64,000 nucleotides of DNA from Phallusia mammillata (Eukaryota): contig OZ281497.1 in assembly GCA_965637545.1 (NCBI GenBank), forward strand, positions 18,848,001 to 18,912,000. Reading direction: 5' to 3'. The position numbers and the translations under genes are program-made. Positions 53,301 to 64,000 of this stretch are shown one piece after another. The stretch's first letter is position 1; every line of letters begins with the position of its first letter. The notes under the pieces were generated by a model. That model was not told the DNA's origin. It saw only the letters and a program-made list of their open reading frames with translations, and ran no database searches.

Positions 53301-54920
53301 TGAATACTTTTTATGCAAAGAAAGACCAATGTTTATCAGTTTGTAACATTATATTCATTACCTGTGTCCACCCAGCCGATGTCGACCCACATTTTCAGAA
53401 AAACGGCACCAGACACAAAACCAAGCATTGGGCCGATCAGCCCTATGGAGTTTATGATCCCTAAACATACATTTTTTCTAAAAAGAAACACACGATCTCT
53501 AAAATTACATTTTGAATTGGTCTCATCAATAGCCTATTGCTGAAACATTTTAGTCGGCACATTTATTTGTACTGTGCTACACATATGTAGGCTATAATAG
53601 CCTACCTACCTACGTACACAGCAGAGTTGTGCTCCGTTGCATGATCGTCGACGTAGGAAAAACCAAGAGGCTGAATAGCGGAACCTCCTATTCCACAGAT
53701 CATGATCCCGAACATAACAAGGATGTACGTGTTTGAGACTTCTCCCGACGTAGTAGCAGTTTCGCAGTTAACTGTGCTCAAGTTTTTGTCGCTGTGATGA
53801 TCGAATCATATTCTTAGAAGTTCAATACCAACAAATTATATATATTTTGTACAACATTATTTTTTCTCTATTATTAAGTATTTTCAGCTTGGATGGGCCC
53901 GCAAAATCATGATGTTTACCAAAAGTTTATTTGTAGGAATACCCTTTAGGTTGTGTGTTGTTTGTTAACATTGGAGAGAAAGGTCTCGTACTATTTTTGT
54001 AAATACGGGTATAATCCAATGCTGTGCAGAAAAAGTATATCGTCTTAAGTGCTGGAAGACAAAATGTTTTGTTACTTTGCATTGCAGGTTACGAGATCCA
54101 CGCCATCTTCAGTTGTAACATTAACCGAAATATCGTCAAAATGATACCGATCGTCTACGAACTGGGGTAGTGCTGAGATCAAATAGCCGAATATCATCAA
54201 AAGACAACCGAAAGCTATAAGTCTTGGTCTATAAATACACAAATAATTACAAGTGGGTAAGTTTGTATTTGAATAAAGATATAAAATTTAAGTACGTGAA
54301 AAACAGTCGGCTTCTACATATCTCCGTTATAAGACTGTGCAAATATATGCGTACTAACAAGAAGGGTTAGACCGATACTTAGTTTCCAATCCGATAGCAG
54401 TATTATCGGACCCACCCTACTAGCAAGTTGGTTATAATAATAGATACACTAAACGTTCGAAAGCATTGTTGAGTATTTATGTTTGATCAACTCTCACCTG
54501 TGGTATCGTTGTCCGAAGTAACTTACGAACAACATAACAGTTAAGTTTCCAATTTGTGACCCTGTTGCAATCACGGCCGATATTGTGCTGGAAAGTTGAA
54601 ACCTTCTCTCAATGGTGGTAAGGACGCTTTTTGTGTAAGCCCCATTATATATCTGGAATTAGTACGAAACTTGGTCAATACATATGTAACACAAAACACA
54701 GGTGAACGTCAAAAGCATTTTTATCCGGTAGTGCATGTGTACCTTTTTACTTTATTAATCGCGTTACAACTGTGGTGTTGGATTACTTCAAATATTTTGT
54801 TGTGCAAACAAGTCGAATGGGTTCAAAACAAAACGCCTCAGCCCATACCTGGGTGAACACAATCAGTCCAATCCATATTGCGAAAGTCCGCGGTGAGAAA
54901 AAGCAACTTTTGCATTCCAT
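50354..54920 (-). CDS. SLCO: OATP/SLCO paralogue B
   Basis: MECKSCFFSPRTFAIWIG, TTIERRFQLSSTISAVIA, WVGAWWLGY, Kazal-like exon at ~51100-51290, WIPAP; ends DIETVI*. Confidence 0.9.
52380..52612. mobile_element. hAT-type MITE (233 bp) in an SLCO-B intron
   Basis: TIRs CAGTGGTCAGCAACC / GGTTGCCGACCCCTG (13/15). Perfect TSD GCTTAAAC at 52372-52379 and 52613-52620. CGGTCCGC motifs. Confidence 0.92.
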
Positions 54921-56022
54921 ATCGTCTTCTGCGACACCTTTCCTAACAGCTACTGTTCTGTTCGCACTTTGAGACTGTCACCGCGGTTGCAGGTTGCTTG
55001 AATTCGACTCAAACCTAAAGGTGTCAACTAGGCATCTCCACATGATTTTGAGCGTCTTGTTGCGACGATGAAACTCGGTTAAAGATTAATTTTCGCATAT
55101 TAGTGGTCGGCCATACGTATGTGTGTGCGCTGCAAATGATGCGTGGTAAATACGTTAATCTTTCGCGACCTTTGCCTCCATTTGTGACTGGACAGTTCGT
55201 TAGGCATGCTCAAAGATTTCGGCCAAGCGCTGGTATGCTATTTTGCCGTAAGACCATGTTTTCGATGATGCTGTTTCTATGCATACTTGCTTGTTCAACT
55301 GGAGTAGCCTAGTAGGCTACTATTTGCAGAATACCAAGTCTTTGTTGTTTAGTCGAACTCAAAGAACTCGTTACCAATATCATATCACAAGGCAATTGTA
55401 ACATAGTATTGTTCGCTCCAGGATATTTGCGTCAGCTTTGCCTTGACCCCTGAAAGTTGGAAAACCTTCACCCCTGAAAGTTGCTTTTATTGGCTGCGGT
55501 CATCAAATTACATTTAAAGTAGCAACTTTGCAACGAAGCGAAAGTAACACTTGTAAGTTATTTGCAAGCGCGTGACTGGGTCAATTTGACAGGTGTCCAG
55601 CGTTCGACGTGCCCCTGTTTCTATGTCGTGGAACACATTTTACTGTTTTGTGCTAAAACAAAAAAATGAAGACTAGTACAGTATATTCACGATGAAAACG
55701 TTTATTTAAACTTTACTGCATAAATAAAACGCGTTCTAGGCCTACAATGCTTTTAACTTTGATAGATAGTAGTCTTAACAAACATTTTTATTTACAACTA
55801 ATAACTTATTGCATCCTGCCCATTTAAATGGCAGTGTTGTCAACAAGTGTATTACAAATGGACACATACAAAACGTGTGTTTGGTTTGTTTGCATATATC
55901 TTTCTGTTATAACATAGATTTAGGTATTTGTGTATAGGGCACGGAGCGAAACAAATTTTGTGTGCTGTAGAATGCAATTATGAATATCCCAACGCCAATC
56001 CTATATTATAATCGTCAAATCT

Positions 56023-59000
56023 TCAGACAACGGTGTCTTTGTCCTTTGCCTCGTGACCATTAGATGCGAGAGGTTGGCTTTCCGCAATTTGCGCCTTTTC
56101 CTGTTCCTTAACCTTTTCCTCCTTTGCACTTCGACAGACTACACGATATAAATACAACATGATGCAGGTCGACACAAACTTAACAGCGATTAGAATTCCA
56201 CTGTAACTTCTGCGGTACACGTCGTTGTCAAACAGCTGAAACAGAAACGTTTTTGTCAGTGAATCAAAAAAGTATAATATTGTCGGAGCCAAGTCTTCTG
56301 AAAAAAATCTGCAGTGTTTTTGGTTTTAAACCATTTGTTTACCAAATTTGTCTTGAAAGGATGTGAACGTACATTTTTCACAAGGCCGCACAAGTTTATT
56401 TACTAGTCCGCGGTAAAATTTGTCCTTACGGGTTTAATACGGCACTGACGTTGGACAGTAAGATGGTTAGAATAAACATCAGTGACCAAATGTTAAAGGT
56501 AGTAAATCAAGTTTGTATTTACCCTGCAATACGACCGACCACTGCAATCCGCCTTCGTCCAAAACAAACAAGCTTCGTCAATTGCGTAACCAACCAGGAT
56601 TGGAGCGGGAATCCAACCCAACAAGCGAGCTACAAAAAAGGCGATTCCAATTCCAAATGCTTTATCAGCTGGTGTGAGTGATCTGTAGGTATAAAAGTTT
56701 ATTCACAAGTGCAAGGTCAAATGAATTTGCTTCAAATAGATGGCCCTTGGACACGTTTGTTTTTGAAACATTTTTAGAACTTTTAATCGAAACATCCTCC
56801 AGAGGTTATTTTCTTGGTTTGGAGCGCCCATCTCGAGACGTTTTCAGTCGACAGTTTATGCATATGGGCAAAATCTGTCTGTTTACATTTCAAAAAATAT
56901 ATCGCGCAGCTTGTGTCATTCTAAGGGAATAACATGGAAAGGAATTTCCAAAGAATGTCAAACGTACGTTTTATAGATTTTTTGTCCAAGGCTTAAGCAT
57001 AGGCTTAATGTTTTACCTCATAAGAAGGACAAACAGCGGCGTGGTAGAAACCCCTGCTACGAAGTTCATAAACGTTTTCATGGCAATCACAACTTCTGCC
57101 AAGCCCTCACACTTGCTCGTGTAACATCGACCAATCGAAACCACTTGTTCTTCGGGGGAATTTGAAACACATGTACAAGACGTGTAGTTCTGGAAACAAC
57201 TTTATTATTCAAAACTAATTTGCATTGAAACTATAAAAGGTAACAACACTGCCAACAATAAAGTAACTGTGCAGTTGAAAACTGTTTTGCGGTGATGTAG
57301 GCCTACAGTTTCTTGAAACTTTCAAAACTTTGGACAACTCATAACTATAACATTCGATACATGCACGAAGTATCGGTTCGTCGCACAAACCAACCGTTAT
57401 GCTGCCTCCCTCTTCGATCGAGTCGGAACAACCGGCAAAACAGGGGGACACATAGGAAATTTGCAATGGTCCGCATACGGGCGTGTAAACGTTCTCATCG
57501 CAGTCGCATGCAGCGTTGCACTTACTCACGGGCGTGTTCTCGAGTTTTCCTGTATCACTGTGTTGTAAAAATATATAGCAAAGCAAAGAATTCAATGATT
57601 TTGACTAACTACTGCACCATTGTACCTGGTAAGGTATGGGACAGTCAGACCAGCCATATCAATGGATTTACAGCCGATAAAGAGGAATCCAAAGTAGGCT
57701 GCCAGGGAGCAGATGTAGGCCATTAGAATCACCCTCACCATGCCAACTTTTCCCAATTTCCAACGCTTAACTATGAAACTTCCAATAACGGTTCCAAGCA
57801 CCAAAAACGGAAGGTTGATAGCACCTTTGGATAAGAAACAATCATGTCACTACAGTACTTAACCTGCGTAAAACAAATAATTTTATTGCAGTATGTATAG
57901 GCACAGTAATTCGTTTTAATGATTTGTTTGATAGTAAAAACGATTTACCATGAAACAACGGCTAATTAACTGCCCATGAGCATGTCGTTTCTACAATAGC
58001 GTAAAAACACCTTTGATCACCAAACAAACCTACCGATGAGAAAGCTGCTTGCTGCCGCCGATTTGCCGAATCCCACTTCAAGGTATTTTACAATAAAAGT
58101 GGAAACGGATGAGATTTGAAACCATTCGCAAACCATTGATGATACGATCAGTACAAACCCCATGTTGTACGCCAGTTTCTTTACCGCTACCCATATTCCA
58201 CTGCCAAAAAATGATTTTCAGTTATTTTTTTGTTTGACAAAATACATTAGGTATATCAGTAAATGGTAATACCACCTCAGTTCCTTCATGACAGCGTTTT
58301 GTTTGTATGCTGACTTAAAGTTCAGTTCATTTTTCTTTTCTTCAAGAACAGGTGGTTGGACCTCTTTGTTCTAAACACATCAAAGTGAAAATTCAAATGT
58401 AACTTGTATCTAGTCTTCTGGCGACTCGTTTTGACTCTACTCTAGTCGCTTGTACTGAATACCGTACTTGACTCGCCCAACCTGATTTAACCTACTAGAC
58501 TCAGATGTGATACGTTGAATTAATTTGAGACTTGCTCGTGGATAAAGACTCGATCTTAATTGCCCTGTGTACGGCGAAGTTTAGTACAAATTTTTTCCGT
58601 TACTACGTTTAATATTTTTGAAAGAAGAGTAGATTTTTGTAGGATTTTCTTTTGTTTTTTTCTTTTACTTTGTATTAGGAAAAAACACTTTCGGAAGATG
58701 CAAAGCATTTTTAGGTGTGGATAAACTTCAAACGGACTAAATATCATCGGAAACTATGTCGTTGCAAACTTGCTGTAGGCCTACTAGTACAGCTTACAGT
58801 TGTGTAGATAAAGTGTAAATCACCCTACAACACGTCATATCTGTCGGTGCAATATGTTTTTTGAATGTAACGTACGCTGACTGCATAGTTGCATTTGTGT
58901 TTGAACAACTTAATGGTGGCGAAAAGGTAGCAAGTATATCCGCATATTTGATATTTTTACATGTCAACTCAGGGACAAATCCGCTCAAAACATGACTAAG

Positions 59001-61432
59001 TGTTTGCCGTGTGCTGATGCAGTTTAATTCAGGCGTTAAATCACATACATTTATTGATAGTAGTAGATAGTAGTGATGCACCGAAGTTTCGGTTGGCCGA
59101 AACATTTCGGCCGAATCCGCTGTTTTCCAATGTTTCGGTTTCGGCCCGAACTTTTTTGAAAATTCGGCCGAAACCGGACTTTTTTATTGCATGGAATTAA
59201 GGCCTTAAATTTCATTTACACCCATACGAAACATCATTAATTAACTATTTGTTGTATCTATGAAATACCAGCCACGTTGTCTGCAAACTATTAGCTGTTT
59301 AGCAAAGTTTACCCAGTGTGAAAGTGATTTTAGTTTGTCAAAATTGAGTTCACTCGCATCAACAACACAAGGTCCAGTTGAAACCATCCAAAAAAACGGG
59401 GATTTTAGGTTCGGCCTGATTCGGCCGAAATTATTCGGCCTCAAGGCGGGTTCGGTGCATCACTTAGTAGATAGATCTTGATCGTAACCAGCAAACTACA
59501 GTATTCTGTTTTAGGTCACACATGGGTCGTTAATGCTTTAGTATCTGGCATTTCTTTGTTATCTCGTGTTTTTAGACACAAAACATATTAGCATTTGTGT
59601 TTCAGGCTTTTATTATATGCTGTGTTTTGGTGTTGATCGTTTCGACATTTAATTCTTTCTCTCTTTTTTTTGTCACTTCATTACTATTTTACCTTATCAT
59701 CATCCTTTTCTATTTCCTTTGGATAGAACCAGACAGGAAAACTACAACAGGTCATTAACAAAGCTGCGATCACAAACCCAAGCCACCAAGCTCCAACCCA
59801 AGCAGTATGACGTGGCTCAATCGTAATAGTGTCTAACAGTAAAGACACGAAATAATATCAAAGAAATGATTGATTGTATACAAGATACTTTACCTGTGTC
59901 CACCCAGCCCACATCGACCCACACTTTTAGAAAAACACCCCCCAAAACATAGCCAAGCATGGGACCAATTAACGCAATAGAGTTTATGATACCTAAAAAT
60001 ACACCGGTAATCATTGTCAATTATAATTTGGTTTCATTTCTTAGCCAAAAATAGGCTACACAACAATTCTTTCGCTTACCCACGTACATGGCCGAATTGT
60101 GTTGTGTTGCATGATCATCAACATACGAATAGCCAAGCGGTTGTATTGCGGAACCACCGATTCCGGTTATTAAAATCCCAACTACAATCAGTATAAAAGT
60201 ATTTGTAGATGCTTTGTCTTCCGTGACAACCTCGCAGTCCACTTCTGTCACGTTTCGTCCACTGTCATGTAACAAACAAATAAAATATTTTAGCTACACT
60301 ATAACGAGACTTAAAAGTAGGCGAAGTGAAAAATGTTTTTTGTTATAATAGCTACGTTAGATTGTGCATGTTGCCACTTCTGCGCCGATTTACGTTCTAT
60401 ATAAAATTTGCTTATATTTTAGTCCCAGTCTGAGACGATTCTGTTCATACCACTGAGCGAAGAGAAAACTGTACCCCACCTTGCACTGCAAACCACTGCG
60501 TTATTGCCATCCTCAGTGGTAATGTTAACCGAAATATCATCAAATTGGTATCGATCTCCTATGAACTGAGGCAATGCTGCCAATAAGTAACCGAATATCA
60601 TCATCAGACAGCCAAGAGCAATAATTTTGGGCCTGAAATTCAAAAAGATAATTAGATTTGTTCGGATTTAACAACAAAGACCAGAAAACGTTTAGTTAAT
60701 TAAGGTATCAGCTATTGATCTCTCTTTTGCCTTTTTTACTCTAATGTCGGTGCATACATCTAAAATATTTATTGGCCAAAAAACACACAGTTTTGCACCA
60801 TTGCAGAGAAAAAATAAACAACAATTAGGCCATTTAATTTAACATGGCAAAACGCATCATGCAACCTGTTGTAGCGTTGCCCGAAGTAGCTCACAAACAA
60901 CATCACGGTCAAATTGCCAATCTGTGCTCCAGTTGCAATAACAGCGGAAATTGTACTGGAAAGTTGATATCTTCGTTCAATGGTTGTGAGCACACTTTTG
61001 GTATAAGCGCCGCAGTAAATCTACATCGTAAAACACAATGAAAAGTGTCGCCATTCTCATATAATAGGCCTATACACTTTGGCTGTTGTTTCTTTGGCCA
61101 TCATTAGGCTATATATTTTAAGGACTTTTTGAGCTTTAAAATCGTTTCAAAACATGTACCAGAATATTATACCTATGTTTAGGCTACAGGCGAACAATTA
61201 AGAAACAAACAATGAACAACAATCGCCAAAAAAAAAAAAGGAAAAACTTGCTGCAGTAGTTTAAACTAGGTATTTTAATATTTTATTTTCCTCAGTAAGA
61301 AATGCTAAAAATTTTTATCACATGCAAAAGTTTTGTTTCATTAAATAACTTTTTTCTTACCTGCGTGAAAACGATCAAACCAACCCATATTGCAAAAGTT
61401 CGTGGAGAGAAAAAGCAGCTATTAAATCCCAT
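56023..61432 (-). CDS. SLCO: OATP/SLCO paralogue C
   Basis: MGFNSCFFSPRTFAIWVG, TTIERRYQLSSTIS, QPLGYSYVDD, WVGAWWLGF, CNAACDCDENVYTPVCG, WIPAP; ends KDTVV*. Confidence 0.9.
59071..59466. mobile_element. hAT-type MITE (396 bp) in an SLCO-C intron
   Basis: TIRs TAGTGATGCACCGAA / TTCGGTGCATCACT(T)A. TSD GTAGATAG at 59063-59070 and 59467-59474. CGGCCGAA is repeated near both ends. Confidence 0.88.
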
Positions 61433-62723
61433 AACTGCACTTATACTGGATGACGACTCGACTATTGTGTTTGTATCATAAAGCCATGCACTATATTATT
61501 GAGATCAGACGCGTGAACGATCAAACCGTAAAAGTGTCGATCAAATAAATCATGCCCACCTACTTTGAATCACATTTTACTCCGAGTGGGTGCTGGTTAA
61601 ACATTAATTTGCAAGTGGCCAAATGTGTTATACCATACTGTCCGTCACGGCGACAAGGAAGGAATACGACAAACGCATCATAAACGTATCGGTATGACGC
61701 AGCCAGTTACATCAGAGATGAATGTACTTTAAGCATTTCCATTCCACACTTTATACGCATCAACACTTTGGGGTATGGTAAAAAACAAAAATGCATGTTT
61801 ATAACATCTTGTTTGGATTTAATCTGGCGGAACAAAGACGTTTGCGGCTTTTAAGGACCACAGATCACCGATTCGGGTGCAAACAATGCAGTAAATCGAC
61901 TTATTTTCGGTAAACAATTTCCAAAAGTTTGGACCTTTAACACAGTAGGCAAAATCGTTTCGTATCGCCCAATATCAGCATAACATCGAAGGTAGATATG
62001 GTTTTATCCACAACCAAAACACCGTTTTGTCATTTCCGAAACATATTGATCGAGCCAATCACATCGCAGCCACTAAAGCGTAGTAGGCTACATTGAATAT
62101 TAAACAAAATTATGCAGATACATTTCAATCCGTACAAGACAGCGATTGTCACATGTATAAACCGTGAAGAAAATATTTCCGTTTTCAATCGCCAAAATAG
62201 GTCATTTTGTAATTTCTTTTGTTAGTGGCTGCAGAAGTCTTGCATTATAGACTTCGCCAGTTTTTATTCAAAAAACTATTTTTCTACTGAGAATCCGTTA
62301 TTTTTTAGTTCATATCTTCCATCCGAAATTAATCTATACTTACACAACTCCTGATGTTGTTGTGAAAGAACTAGTTTTACACTCTACATAAAATGCTAGC
62401 TATATAGCTTTAACATTTAATCCAGCTTATGGAACATAATGCACAAAGTACAACTCGAAGAACAGATTACATTACAAAAAAACCAACAGGAATGCACAGA
62501 TTTTTTATCAGAAATTATACTTGTTCTGTGTTAACTTGAAAATTGGGTTTGAGAATTGTTCTATTGCACTTGGATTATTCACTTCAAATCTGGAAACTTT
62601 AAACCCTTAGCATTGGTCAGGAGTAAGGACGCCATCACCTTGAGGTGATAGGCCTTAATACCGATGATTACCGGCAGTTTTTTAAATACATGCAATGAAC
62701 AAGAACGACAACAAATAATAGTT

Positions 62724-64000
62724 TTATACAACAGTTTCTTTGTCCTTAGCCTTTCCACCGTTGTGTGTAAGAGGATGTTGTTCTGCGTTCAGAGACTTCT
62801 CTTCCTTGTTTTCTTTGTCAGCCTTTGCACTGCGACAGACTACCCGATATAGATACAACATGATGCAGGTCGATATAAACTTAACAGAGATTAGAATTCC
62901 ACTGTAACTTCTGCGGTACAAGTCGTTGTCGAAAAGCTGAAAGCATAATAGAATTCATAGTATTTAATTCAAGCAGGTACGAACGATTTCTGCTGACTAT
63001 GATAGTTTTAGTCAGAATCTGAACATATACCCTTGCTTTTTACAACTTTTTTTAAACCATAGGCTGTGTAGCCTACGCCCAGGAAACGATATACGTCGTG
63101 AAGTATACAGTTTGTATTTACCCTGCAATACGACCGACCACTGCAATCCGCCTTCGTCCAAAACAAACAAGCTTCGTCAATTGCGTAACCAACCAGGATT
63201 GGGGCAGGAATCCAACCCACCAATCGACCAACAAAATAAGCGATTCCGATGCCAAAAGCCTTATCAGCTGGTGTTAATGTTCTGTTGATGGCCGGGTAGG
63301 CAATAAAGCGTAAAAAATAATCTATGGTTTGATTATTGCGTTTGCAAGGAAATATTTTACGGTTTAATTTTTGTCCTAGTTGTTAGGAAATTTAAAGTTG
63401 TTTTCTGACATTTTTTTAAATAAGAAAAGCGAAGTAGCCTATATTGTTCATTTTAAACAAAGACCTAAATGAGAATGCAAATCGTTACTATTACCTCATA
63501 AGAAGCACAAACAGCGGAGTGGCCGCAGTACCAGCTATAAAGTTCATGAACGTTTTTATTCCAATAACAACCTCCGCCAAGCCCTCACACTTGCTTGTGT
63601 AACAGCGACCAATTGAAACCACCTGTTCTTCAGGGGAATTGGAAACACACGAACACAAAGTGTAGTTCTGAAAACAAATTATTGGTGTTGAAATGTATCC
63701 ACGATATGCATTTAACGGGAATTCCATTTTGTGTAACATTTAACTTGATACGCTTCACGTGGGCCTGTTGCTTTTAATTCTAAAAAGAATCGTAATAGTT
63801 CTTGCAAATACAAAGTGTTAAAGTATGGTGGTTTGTCGCATAAACTAACAGTTATGCTGCCTCCCTTCTCGATCGAGTCAGTACATCCGGCAAAACAGGG
63901 GGACACGTAGGAAATCTGCCCTGGTCCACATACGGGCGTGTAAACGTTTTCATCACACTCGCATGCAGCGTTGCACTCACTCACAGGCGTGTTCTCGAGC
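62724..64000 (-). CDS. SLCO: OATP/SLCO paralogue D, 3' exons only (continues beyond the window)
   Basis: CNAACECDENVYTPVCGPGQISYVSPCFAGC, TPLFVLLMR, WIPAPILVGYAIDEAC, YRRSYSGILISVKF; ends KETVV*. Confidence 0.9.

Noticed and set aside
58410-58567. GACTC(G)-rich segment resembling a decayed MITE
   Set aside because: The motif repetition is real, but termini and TSD are not recognisable.

Overview
Compact, AT-rich, intron-rich animal genomic DNA with many 50-100 bp GT-AG introns and chordate-like orthologues. An ascidian/tunicate origin is my inference, not shown. The gene order I reconstructed by hand is: SLC7A6OS (-), PHAF1/C16orf70 (+), RELCH/KIAA1468 (-) with an LRR single-pass receptor gene nested antisense in one intron, intronless KLHL18 (+), an intronless and unusually long UQCRB/QCR7-like gene (-), GCDH (-), an unidentified 7-exon ~565-aa gene (-), NDC1 (-) with an adhesion GPCR nested antisense in a 5.3-kb intron, and a head-to-tail array of at least four OATP/SLCO transporter paralogues (-), the last cut by the window edge. 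Introns and spacers carry more than ten short non-autonomous DNA transposons with visible TIRs and target-site duplications (mostly hAT, one pogo/Tc1-like, one with a 9-bp TSD), plus a 156-bp tandem repeat with a terminal hairpin. The most unusual items are the nested adhesion GPCR with a trefoil-like domain and a ~380-aa splice-switchable tail, the TIR-less tyrosine-rich LRR receptor, the extended complex III subunit, the orphan gene with two CxxC motifs, and a local excess of TAGG(C)CTA-type words. I found no tRNA, rRNA or CRISPR. Gene names come from recalled sequence similarity; no database search was run.
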